Made by a program: the position numbers and the translations under genes. Below the pieces are notes generated by a model, which was given only the letters and a program-made list of their open reading frames with translations, was not told where the DNA came from and did not search any database. A stretch of DNA of 30,194 nucleotides from Armatimonadota bacterium. GTDB lineage: Bacteria > Armatimonadota > SYMT01. Position 1 is the stretch's first letter. The number at the start of each line of letters is the position of its first letter. Shown here one piece after another: positions 7,985 through 15,995 of the stretch. Location: positions 1 through 30,194 of the forward strand of contig JBKBRF010000067.1 of assembly GCA_046292385.1 (NCBI GenBank), written 5' to 3'.

Positions 7985-9583
7985 ATGTGGCATCGAAAAG
8001 GCATCTTCGTCCTGGCTGCTGCTGCAGCCGCCGCTCTGGCCTCGCTGGCCGTCTCTGCCGCGCAGGCCTCGAAGGCTCGCAGCGTCTCGCTGGTCTACTT
8101 TGCCGATCTGCACGCGCAGTTGGAACCCCACCCGGAACTGTTCTGGCACGACGGCCGGGAAGAGATCGCCTCCGCGGGAGGCGTGTCGCGGATCGCCGCG
8201 GCGGTGGAGGAGATCCGCCGGGAGCGCCCGGGACAGGTCCTCTTCATGGATGCGGGCGACACGATTCAGGGCGCGGGGCCTGCGGCCTGGACGGAAGGCA
8301 AGGCGGTGGTGTCACCCCTCAACGCGCTGGGACTTGACCTCGGCGTTCCGGGCAACTGGGAGGTGGTCTACGGCACCCCTGCCCTGCGGGCCCGCGCCCG
8401 GGAGCTGAAGCATCCGCTGGTGGCGGCGAACGTCTACGACGCGGCGACCGGAGCCCGGCTTTTCGCTCCCTATCTGATGCGGGAGGTAAATGGAGTCCGC
8501 ATCGCCGTGATCGGCTACACCGATCCCGACGTGCCCCTGCGGCAGCCGCCGACCTACAGTGCGGGGCTGCGGTATACCGGCGCCGAAGAGCTTCCGCCCC
8601 TCATCCGGGAAGTGCGCGCAGAGCAGCAGGCCGACCTGGTGGTGCTGCTCACTCACATCGGTCTGGCCAAGGCGGTACGCCTGGCGGAGAAGGTGCCGGG
8701 GGTGGACGTGCTCCTCTCCAGCGACACGCACGAGCGGACCTACGAGCCGATCGTGCGGGGGAACACCTGGATCGTCGAGCCGGGGAGCTTCGGCTCCTTC
8801 CTCGGCCGGCTCGACGTCACCGTCCGGGACGGCGAGGTAGTTAACCGCCAGTGGGAGCTGATCGAGCTCCGCGCCGACCGGTTCCCCGAGGAGCCCCGGG
8901 TCCAGCGGCTGGTGGAGCAGGCGCTCCGGCCGCACCGGGAGCGGCTGGACCGCGTGGTGGGAGAGACCCGGGCGCCGCTGCTGCGGTACGCCGTGGCGGA
9001 GACGGCGCTCGACGCCGTGCTCGCGGACGCGCTCCGCGAAGCAGCCGGCACGGAGATCGCGCTCTCCAACGGCTTCCGCTTCGCGGCGCCGATCCCCGCC
9101 GGCCCGATCCGGGAAGCGGACCTCTGGAACGCCTACCCGGTGGTGACGCGCGTCAAGACCGCCGAGGTGACCGGCAAGCAGCTCCGCGAGTTCTGGGAGA
9201 AGGAGCTGGAGAACGTCTTCTCGGCCGATCCGGAGAAGCTCTTCGGCGGCTGGCTGCCGAGGCCGTCCGGAATGACGCTGCGCTTCCGGGCGCGAGCGCC
9301 GTTCGGACAGCGGGTCCGGGAGATCCGCGTCCACGGGAAGCCACTCGAGGAGGACCGGCTCTATACCGTGGCCGCCTGCGAGCGCGAGGGCGACACGGAG
9401 GATATGCTCTGCCGCATCAAGGGCTGCCACCTACCACAAGTGCTCTCCTTCGATGCCCACGAAGCGGTACGCCGCTACCTGACGCGGCACTCACCGCTCG
9501 CCGCGCCGGCTCCGCGCCGCGTGGTGGCGGAGGATCTGCCGCCGGTGCTGCGCTCGCAGGTGCTCGCGGAAGCGCAGCCCTGA
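7985..9583 (+). CDS. Exported metallophosphoesterase/5'-nucleotidase family protein, SoxB-like (paralog 1)
   Basis: Signal peptide; DLHAQL, DAGDT, PGNWE, THIG, SSDTHE; 5'-nucleotidase C-domain with SNGFRF and FWEKELENVFS.DP...GGW, resembling SoxB. Start 7985 follows AAGGAGG. Confidence 0.8.
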   Translation: MWHRKGIFVLAAAAAAALASLAVSAAQASKARSVSLVYFADLHAQLEPHPELFWHDGREEIASAGGVSRIAAAVEEIRRERPGQVLFMDAGDTIQGAGPAAWTEGKAVVSPLNALGLDLGVPGNWEVVYGTPALRARARELKHPLVAANVYDAATGARLFAPYLMREVNGVRIAVIGYTDPDVPLRQPPTYSAGLRYTGAEELPPLIREVRAEQQADLVVLLTHIGLAKAVRLAEKVPGVDVLLSSDTHERTYEPIVRGNTWIVEPGSFGSFLGRLDVTVRDGEVVNRQWELIELRADRFPEEPRVQRLVEQALRPHRERLDRVVGETRAPLLRYAVAETALDAVLADALREAAGTEIALSNGFRFAAPIPAGPIREADLWNAYPVVTRVKTAEVTGKQLREFWEKELENVFSADPEKLFGGWLPRPSGMTLRFRARAPFGQRVREIRVHGKPLEEDRLYTVAACEREGDTEDMLCRIKGCHLPQVLSFDAHEAVRRYLTRHSPLAAPAPRRVVAEDLPPVLRSQVLAEAQP

Positions 9584-9607
9584 ATCCTTTCCGCCGCTCG
9601 CCGTATC
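9582..9607 (+). promoter_or_regulatory. ECF-type promoter motif copy 4
   Basis: gaatcc tttccgccgctcgc cgtatc, overlapping the stop of the upstream gene. Confidence 0.8.
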
Positions 9608-9652
9608 AATCCGGAGGAGGCGAGCCGGCTCGCTCGCCCGGGAGGAGCTGGA

Positions 9653-10087
9653 ATGGATCGACGAGGATCGCTGCTGGCGCTCGTCACCGGCGCCGCGGCG
9701 CTGCTGACGGGGCGCCGCGCCACTGCCGAGGGAAGGAACCACCGGGCGGTGTTCGACCTGACGGCGGACAGCCCTGACCAGTGGGACGCCGCGCTGCGGA
9801 ACGTGGAGAACCTCCGCCGCGCTTTCGGTACCGAGCAGGTGGAGGCGCAGCTAGTGGTCCACGGCAAGACCTATCCGCTGCTGCAGCAGACCAACACCGC
9901 CATGGAAGCGCGGCTGAGGGAGCTGCAGCAGGGCGGGGTGCGGCTCTCCCTCTGCCGGAACACGATGAAGCGGTTCCAGGTCTCCCCGGAGAGCCTGTTC
10001 CCGTTCGCCGACACGGTCGACTCGGCGGTGGCGGAGCTGGTCCGCCAGCAGGAAGCCGGCTTCGCGTACCTGAAGGTCGGCGGCTGA
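9653..10087 (+). CDS. DsrE family protein with Tat-like signal
   Basis: MDRRGSLLAL; HRAVFD, ALRNVEN, LVVHG, LCRNTM, SAVAELVRQQEAGFAYLK. Confidence 0.85.
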   Translation: MDRRGSLLALVTGAAALLTGRRATAEGRNHRAVFDLTADSPDQWDAALRNVENLRRAFGTEQVEAQLVVHGKTYPLLQQTNTAMEARLRELQQGGVRLSLCRNTMKRFQVSPESLFPFADTVDSAVAELVRQQEAGFAYLKVGG

Positions 10088-10128
10088 TGCCGGCCCGGGT
10101 GGCGAGGAGATTAGGAAGGAGCTTACGG

Positions 10129-10305
10129 ATGCCGGACTACGTCCTGCCGCTGCTGCTGGTGGCGGCCTATGTGATCCTGATGCGCTGGATCCTGCCCAGC
10201 TTCGGAGTGCCCACCTGAATGGCGAGCACCTGCCGCGTCGAGTCTCGACGCGACCAGCCGGAAGCCCCGATGGAACCGGAGCCCCCGAGCCGTCCCCGCC
10301 CGTAG
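10129..10305 (+). CDS. Candidate 58-aa single-TM selenoprotein (UGA at 10216-10218 read as Sec; U-x4-C)
   Basis: AGGAAGGAG RBS; MPDYVLPLLLVAAYVILMRWILPSFGVPT-UGA-MASTCRVESRRDQPEAPMEPEPPSRPRP-TAG; SECIS-like hairpin downstream of the UGA. If the UGA is a stop, the product is 29 aa (10129-10218). Confidence 0.65.
10234..10252 (+). promoter_or_regulatory. Putative bacterial SECIS element
   Basis: Perfect 8-bp stem CGCGTCGA/TCGACGCG with a GTC loop (G first); 23 nt lie between the UGA and the loop. Confidence 0.6.
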
Positions 10306-10363
10306 GGGACTGTTGAACCTGTAACACCGCGGGCGCAGCCCGCTTGATCATAGAGGAAGACTG

Positions 10364-10855
10364 ATGCGACAACTAGAGAACTGGAAGGTAGCGGTGGCCG
10401 CCGGGCTGCTGGCGTTGGGAGGTCTCGGCGCCGGACGACTACTCGCCGGCGACCGACTGGAAGCGAGCTCCGCGGGTGCTCCCGCCGCGACACAGGCTAC
10501 AAAAGAGAGCTCGATCCGTTGGAGCGCAAGCTATGCCGCGGCGCAGGCGGAGGCGCGGAAGACCGGACGGCCCGTGCTGGTGGAGTTCTACGCGGACTGG
10601 TGCCCGCCATGCCACCTGATGGAGCGGACCACCTTCCGGGACCGGCAGGTGGTGGAGACGACCCGGAAACTGGTGCCGGTGCGGGTCGACGTCGACGCGA
10701 ATGAGAAGCTGGCGGGCCAGTACGGCGTGAGCAGCATCCCCCAGGCGTTCGTCGTCGCTCCCTCCGGCAAGATCCTGGCACGGGCCGAGGGGTACCAGGA
10801 TGCGAAGCAGTTCACCGCCTTCCTCCATGACGGGCTGAAGAAGGGGGGCCGCTGA
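10364..10855 (+). CDS. Exported or membrane-anchored thioredoxin-fold protein (SoxW-like)
   Basis: N-terminal hydrophobic segment; VEFYADWCPPCHLM; cis-Pro motif SSIP. Confidence 0.85.
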   Translation: MRQLENWKVAVAAGLLALGGLGAGRLLAGDRLEASSAGAPAATQATKESSIRWSASYAAAQAEARKTGRPVLVEFYADWCPPCHLMERTTFRDRQVVETTRKLVPVRVDVDANEKLAGQYGVSSIPQAFVVAPSGKILARAEGYQDAKQFTAFLHDGLKKGGR

Positions 10856-12489
10856 TGCGGTTCGCCGAATCCTTACGGACGCTCCCCGCCGCCGGCCTCG
10901 CCCTGCTCGCCACCGCGGGAAGTGTCGCAGCGGTTCACGGTGCGGTCTCGACGGAGCCGCGGGAGCAGCCGCGTGACCGCACCGTCACGGTGCTCCACAT
11001 GTCGGACACGCACGCCGCCCTCGACGTGCATCCGGAGGTCTTCTTCGACGCGAAAGACCAGCCGACGCTCCGCCGGGCGGGCGGTTTTGCGCTCCTTGCC
11101 GCCGCGGTCCAGGCGGAGCGGCAGGCCCGCCCCGGCCGGACGATGCTGGTCAACGTGGGCGATACGATCCATGGCTCCGCAGTCGCGGAGTGGACGCAGG
11201 GAAAGGCGATCGTCCCGATCGTGAACCGGCTGGGGATCGACGTCTTCGTGCCCGGCAACTGGGAGTATGCCTACGGGCCGGAGACGTTCCGAAAGCGGAT
11301 GGCGGAGCTGAACCATCCGGTCGCCGCCATCAATCTCCACGACGCGCAGACGGGCCAGCGGCTCTACGCGCCGTCGGTGGTGAAAGAGATCGACGGAGTG
11401 CGGATCGGCGTGGTCGGGATCACCTCCGTGATCGTCGACAAGAGCATGGCGCCGGACTACTCGCGGGGGCTGAAGTTCACCTTCAAGGAAGGTGTCCAGG
11501 CGGAGGTGGACCGGCTCCGGCGCGAAGGGGTAGAGGTCGTCCTGCTGGCGACGGAGCTCGGCCTGGCGCAGGAGACTCGGCTGGCGCGGGAAATCCGGAA
11601 CGTCGACTTCATCCTGGGCGGCCACACGCACGAGCGGACGGAGCGACCGATCACCGACGGGGGAATCCCGGTGGTCCAGTCCGGCTCCGAGGGCTCCTTC
11701 CTGACGCGCCTCACCTTCCGCGTGCGGGACGGCAAGGTCGCCGGCTACGAGCATCAGCTGCTGGAGGTGACGCCGGAGCGGTACCGCCCCGATCCGGAAG
11801 TGCAGCGGCTGGTCGAGGCGGCGCAGGCCCCCTTTGCCGGCAAGTTGAAGCAGGTGGTCGGTCACACGGAGACCCACCTTTACCGCAAGGGCGTCCTGGA
11901 GAGCTCGATGGACAACCTGATCGCGGACGCGGTGCGCGAGGCGACGGGGGCCGACATCGGCATGACCAACGGCTTCCGGTTCTCCTACCCGGTTCCGGCC
12001 GGGCCGATCACGGAGGAGGACCTGCTGAACATCTTCCCCATGCACGCACCGGTAAAGGTGGGGACCATGACCGGCAGGCAGCTTCGGGAGTTCTGGGAGG
12101 AGAGCCTGGAGCAGGTCTTCGCCAGCGACGCCTATGGTCAGCGCGGCGGCTGGGGACCCCGGCCCAGCGGGATGGAGGTGCGGGTCCGGATCGGCGCCCC
12201 GCAAGGCCAGCGCGTAGTCTGGATGAAGGTGAACGGCAGGCCGGTGCGGGAGGACGACCGGTTCACGGTCGCTACCTGCGACCGACCCGGGGACCCGAAG
12301 GAGATGCTCTGCCGTTACCACGGCGCCGCGGAAACTCAGGTGCTGGAGATGGGCATCCACGACGCCATGCGTCAGTACCTGCGGCGGCACCGGACCATCT
12401 CGCCGCGGGTGGAGGGGCGGATCTCCGCGGAGGATGCGAGCGGGACCGTCTTCAGCCAGTACGAGCTGCAGAAGGCGGCGAAGCCGTAA
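10855..12489 (+). CDS. Exported metallophosphoesterase/5'-nucleotidase family protein, SoxB-like (paralog 2)
   Basis: SDTHA, NVGDT, PGNWE, TELG, GGHTHE, TNGFRF, FWEESLEQVF...GGW; TGATG-coupled to the thioredoxin gene. Confidence 0.8.
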   Translation: MRFAESLRTLPAAGLALLATAGSVAAVHGAVSTEPREQPRDRTVTVLHMSDTHAALDVHPEVFFDAKDQPTLRRAGGFALLAAAVQAERQARPGRTMLVNVGDTIHGSAVAEWTQGKAIVPIVNRLGIDVFVPGNWEYAYGPETFRKRMAELNHPVAAINLHDAQTGQRLYAPSVVKEIDGVRIGVVGITSVIVDKSMAPDYSRGLKFTFKEGVQAEVDRLRREGVEVVLLATELGLAQETRLAREIRNVDFILGGHTHERTERPITDGGIPVVQSGSEGSFLTRLTFRVRDGKVAGYEHQLLEVTPERYRPDPEVQRLVEAAQAPFAGKLKQVVGHTETHLYRKGVLESSMDNLIADAVREATGADIGMTNGFRFSYPVPAGPITEEDLLNIFPMHAPVKVGTMTGRQLREFWEESLEQVFASDAYGQRGGWGPRPSGMEVRVRIGAPQGQRVVWMKVNGRPVREDDRFTVATCDRPGDPKEMLCRYHGAAETQVLEMGIHDAMRQYLRRHRTISPRVEGRISAEDASGTVFSQYELQKAAKP

Positions 12490-12502
12490 ATGCCCCGCGG
12501 GT

Positions 12503-12528
12503 GAATCCTTCTGCCTCCTCGAGGTATC
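12503..12528 (+). promoter_or_regulatory. ECF-type promoter motif copy 5 (one mismatch)
   Basis: gaatcc ttctgcctcctcga ggtatc; no protein-coding start downstream on this strand before the terminator. Confidence 0.65.
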
Positions 12529-12533
12529 TGACG

Positions 12534-12644
12534 CAGTAAGGGAGACGCCGCAGATCTCCCAGCAAACGGCCGGAGCCTCCGAGCCGGCCGAAACCAGAAG
12601 CTTCCGGAACGACGGGGCCGCAGCAGCGGCCCCGCTTTTTCTTT
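12534..12644 (+). ncRNA. Candidate ~110-nt small RNA
   Basis: Lies between motif copy 5 and a U-tailed terminator; hairpins GGGAGA/TCTCCC (12540-12560) and CGGCCGG/CCGGCCG (12567-12590). The 5' end is estimated. Confidence 0.5.
12613..12644 (+). terminator. Intrinsic terminator
   Basis: CGGGGCCGC-AGCA-GCGGCCCCG followed by CTTTTTCTTT. Confidence 0.8.
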
Positions 12645-13239
12645 ACGTGTCCTGCAGGAAGTAGGCGTTGAGCCGCTCCCGGAGCCGGGTGCGGGCGCGA
12701 TGGAGACGGGCCTTGACCGCGGCCACGGTGAGTCCCGTCCTCTCGGCCGTCTCTGCCGTGGAGAGCTGCTCGATGTCACGCAGGCGGAGCACGGTCTGGT
12801 CCGGCTCCGGTAGCTCCGCCACCGCCGCGCGGATCTTGCGCTTCATCTCCGCCTGGATGGCGCTCTGCTCCGGGGTGGGAGTCGGGGCCGGCGGGGTCCG
12901 CTCCGGCCGTCCTTCTTCCTGGTGCATCCGCTCTTCCAGCGACTCCGTCGGAACTTCCGCCTTTTCCCGCCGCCGGAAACAGAGGTTGGTGGCGATGCGA
13001 CCGAGCCACGTGACGAACGAGGAGCGTCCCTCGAACTGGGAGAGCCGCTCGTATGCCCGGACGAATGCCTCGGAAGCGACCTCTTCGGCGTCATCCGGGT
13101 GGTGGCAGGCCCGGACCATCAGACGGTACAGGTACTCCTGATACTGGTCGACCAGCCGGTCGAACGCCGCCGCGTCCCCCGCCTGAGCGGCCTGGATCAG
13201 CTCCATCTCTCCGGGATTACGGGTCGGTGGCTGTTTCAC
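12643..13239 (-). CDS. ECF sigma factor, orphan (no adjacent anti-sigma)
   Basis: AQAGDAAAFDRLV, DAEEVASEAF, FEGRSSFVTWLGRIATN, LSTAETAERTGLTVAAVKARLHRAR. Start is 13239 (GTG) or 13206 (ATG). Confidence 0.9.
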   Translation of the reverse strand: MKQPPTRNPGEMELIQAAQAGDAAAFDRLVDQYQEYLYRLMVRACHHPDDAEEVASEAFVRAYERLSQFEGRSSFVTWLGRIATNLCFRRREKAEVPTESLEERMHQEEGRPERTPPAPTPTPEQSAIQAEMKRKIRAAVAELPEPDQTVLRLRDIEQLSTAETAERTGLTVAAVKARLHRARTRLRERLNAYFLQDT

Positions 13240-13448
13240 GTGGGCGACCCCGCTGTTCTCGCGTCCCGACGCCGCGCAAGAGCCCGGCTCATCGTCACCG
13301 AGCCTCGTCAGTCGCGGTGGGAGTAGTACTCGACTCAAGCTTACTTACGCTTCACCTTCGACGACATGAGGTCCGCACAGAGCGCCGCCGGAGGCGAGGG
13401 ATGCGCATGGCGGGTTTCAAACGGAGCGTCGTCTCGGGGTTGGACCAG

Positions 13449-13494
13449 AAAAACGCGCGTCCTCACGTCCCCCCTGCGGAGGAGCGTGAGGACG
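13449..13494 (-). terminator. Intrinsic terminator after the FixH/YtkA-like gene
   Basis: CGTCCTCACG...CGTGAGGACG stem; on the minus strand it is followed by CGCGTTTTT. Confidence 0.7.
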
Positions 13495-13563
13495 AACCAG
13501 GCTCTGTTCCGGAACGACGGACGCAAACGTTTGGAGGTTCTCCGCTTGGATCGCGAGCGGCGG

Positions 13564-14016
13564 CTACTTCGTAAAGCTGAAGACCTGCTTCACCGTTTCG
13601 CCGCCGGAGGTCTTCACGGCGACCTCGGCGCGGTAGTTGCCGGACATCCCCAGGCGGTTGCTCTTCGCGACGTACTTGCCGTGGCTTTCGTGCTTTAGCG
13701 TAATCGGCTTGCCGCCGTGCTTGTGATCGGGCATGGAGAGCGCGACCGTCACCTTCGCGTTGGTGACCGGCTGCTTCTGCTTGTCCTGCACGTGCGCGAC
13801 GATCTTGCCGGCACCGAGCTTAGGGTTCTCCAGATCGACGTTCAGGCCGATCAGGTAGTCGCCCACCTGGGCGCAGCTCATCTTCGCCTGGCACTCCTCG
13901 CACATGAGGATTGACTGGGACTTCGTGCCCGCAGTCCTCACCTTCATCGGGGCCGCAAACGCCGCGCCAGCCAGGATCGCCGTTGCGGCCAGCGCCACGA
14001 TGTTCACGTACCTCAT
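13564..14016 (-). CDS. Exported FixH/YtkA-like Ig-fold protein with a CxxCx5C motif
   Basis: Signal peptide; CEECQAKMSC; VQDKQKQPVTNAKVTVALSMPDHKHG...GKY...GMSGNYRAEV resembles YtkA-like domains. Confidence 0.7.
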   Translation of the reverse strand: MRYVNIVALAATAILAGAAFAAPMKVRTAGTKSQSILMCEECQAKMSCAQVGDYLIGLNVDLENPKLGAGKIVAHVQDKQKQPVTNAKVTVALSMPDHKHGGKPITLKHESHGKYVAKSNRLGMSGNYRAEVAVKTSGGETVKQVFSFTK

Positions 14017-14126
14017 CTCGTCCTCGGGTTTTCGACATTCGCTGGTGTCAGCTTCAGGGTGCCCGGTTTAGACGATATGAAACGAAGTGCTGTGAAACAA
14101 TCCCTCTGGGCGCCTCTGGCAGTCTC

Positions 14127-15701
14127 TCAATGCTGGTGCCCGGGCGTCTCTGTTCCGTGCCGCGGCTGCTCGTGCCGCATCCGTCCAGGGCGGAGCCGCA
14201 GGAAGACGTGGACCCCTACCGGGAAGTCGCCGTAGGCGTTCCGCAGCTCGGACGACACCCCGTAAAAGGTCGCCGAGGCGCCGGCCAGGGCATCCAGTCC
14301 TCCTATCCGGCCGATCTCCCGCTGGTATCCCAGCGTGAAGGCATTTACCGTAAAGAGCCGCTCCGCGAGCGGGCCGCGCTCGAACAGCCCATCGCGGTCG
14401 AGGCGCTCTACCCGACCGAACAGGTAGTTCCGGTCGGCCCAGTTGTAGACCGCTTCCAGGCCGAACGAGTCCTCGGTCCGCGGCCCATGCTCGTCGTGCC
14501 CATCCTCGTCGTTGCGTCCCCAGAGGAACGAGGCCGACCAGTAGCCGCGGGATAGCTCCCGTACGTAGGTGGCGGAGGCGGTGGTGCGGCGGAGGTCGCC
14601 CGGCTCGTCCTGCTCCGGGGACTTGAGCCAGCCGCGGGAGACCTGGAAGCTCCAGTTTTGGCTCGGGTTGTACCAGAGGCGGACCGAGGGCGAGTTCAAT
14701 CGCATCGGATCGAACGCCCAGCGCTTCGAGTCCGGCTCCCGGGCGTTGAACCAGGAGCCCTCCAGCTTCCACCGCTCGCCCTGGAGGCCGGCGGTGATCA
14801 CCCCGTAGGCGATGTGGGTGGAGTCCTGCAAGTGGTGGGCCAGCGGCGTCTGCGGATTGTCCCAGGCGCTGATCCGGTGCGGGTAGGCGACCGGTCCGAG
14901 CGCCGGCTCTCCCACCGGAGCCAGGTAGAGCGACCACGCCAGGTTCCGGTTGAGCCGGTGGGTATACTGCGCGGCGATCTCCATGAACAGGTCGTGCGGG
15001 TGCTGCCGGTCGATCAGCCCCTCTCCGGTCTGGAAGAGCTCCGGCACGCCGTTGTCGCCTACCGTCGCCGGCTCCAGGCTCAGCATTAGCCTGAGCATCA
15101 GGTCGCCCCGGCTGCCGATCCGCCGGTTCGCCATGCCCATCGCCCAGTTCTGGCTCACGATTCGGTCGAACCCGCGCGGGCCGCCCTGCGCCGCGTAGTC
15201 GAGGAACGCGTTCCCCATCAGCATCAGGTCCCAGCTCCGGCGGGGCCAGTGGAGCATGAACATCGGGGAGGCGTCCGGCTGCCAGGAGGTGCCGGAGCCC
15301 ATGCGCCGGTTCATCAGGAGCCCGGGGATGCGGGTCTCCTGGAGCGCTCCCGCCGCCCCGTGTTCGGCTTCGTGCCCGGCGCCGTGTCCCTCGTGTCCCT
15401 GTCCGGGCATCCGCTGCGGCTCGGGAGGCGGCGCAGAACGTCCTTCAGGAGGCATCGACGGCTCAGGCTGCGGATGCGCTGGATGCGGCGGCTGGGTGGT
15501 GCCTTCGGCGCCCTGAGCGCGTTCGACCCCGCCGGCCTCTGCATCCACGCGGTCAGCAGCGCCAACGCCCACTGCAGCCGTCGGGGTTTGGGGCAGCAGC
15601 CCCTCCTCGATCGAGCAGTCTTCGCCCTGAGCGGCTGCCGGTCCGGCCAGGAACAGCAGCAGGGTCGCTGGTAAGAGCAGGCGACAGTGAAAGTGAATCA
15701 C
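14127..15701 (-). CDS. Probable outer-membrane beta-barrel protein with His/Met-rich N-terminus (metal-related, uncharacterised)
   Basis: Signal peptide from GTG 15701; GHEGHGAGHEAEH; GSGTSWQPDASPM, DRQHPHDLFME, HHLQDSTHI; amphipathic strands ending VHVFLRLRP. Confidence 0.7.
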   Translation of the reverse strand: MIHFHCRLLLPATLLLFLAGPAAAQGEDCSIEEGLLPQTPTAAVGVGAADRVDAEAGGVERAQGAEGTTQPPHPAHPQPEPSMPPEGRSAPPPEPQRMPGQGHEGHGAGHEAEHGAAGALQETRIPGLLMNRRMGSGTSWQPDASPMFMLHWPRRSWDLMLMGNAFLDYAAQGGPRGFDRIVSQNWAMGMANRRIGSRGDLMLRLMLSLEPATVGDNGVPELFQTGEGLIDRQHPHDLFMEIAAQYTHRLNRNLAWSLYLAPVGEPALGPVAYPHRISAWDNPQTPLAHHLQDSTHIAYGVITAGLQGERWKLEGSWFNAREPDSKRWAFDPMRLNSPSVRLWYNPSQNWSFQVSRGWLKSPEQDEPGDLRRTTASATYVRELSRGYWSASFLWGRNDEDGHDEHGPRTEDSFGLEAVYNWADRNYLFGRVERLDRDGLFERGPLAERLFTVNAFTLGYQREIGRIGGLDALAGASATFYGVSSELRNAYGDFPVGVHVFLRLRPGRMRHEQPRHGTETPGHQH

Positions 15702-15927
15702 GGGGGAGGGCTCCGTCAGGGAAGATGCGGCGCTTCTCCCTACCCTCACCCAGAAGACGAGGAAACGTCCCCGTAGTCGTTCGCTTGAAGCGGGCGGCGT
15801 GCAAACAGTGATGCTTAATGGCGACAACCGGAAGGCCGCCGGAGCCGTGGGACCAAGACGCGGCGGACGAAGTAGTGCGGAGGTAGACTCTCCCCGGAGA
15901 AGAGTGCGGGTTGTGGCGCGGCTTCGC

Positions 15928-15960
15928 GCAGCCGCGCACTACCACGGGGTGCGCGGCTGC
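15928..15960. terminator. Strong hairpin downstream of the 15996-16373 gene
   Basis: 12-bp perfect stem GCAGCCGCGCAC/GTGCGCGGCTGC; no U tract. Confidence 0.45.
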
Positions 15961-15995
15961 TCAGTCCGACGGCATCGCGTTACCTGGGTCTGCTT

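Noticed and set aside
7985..9583. Assigning the symbol soxB to either paralog
   Set aside because: The metal-ligand motifs differ from canonical SoxB and no other sox genes are in the window.
10867..10892. Other GAATCC hexamers (10867, and near 25487, 29592, 29746)
   Set aside because: None has CGTATC 14 nt downstream.
13341..13526. 61-aa ORF upstream of the orphan ECF as a possible anti-sigma
   Set aside because: TTG start without an RBS, spans a terminator hairpin, atypical codon usage and no ZAS motif.
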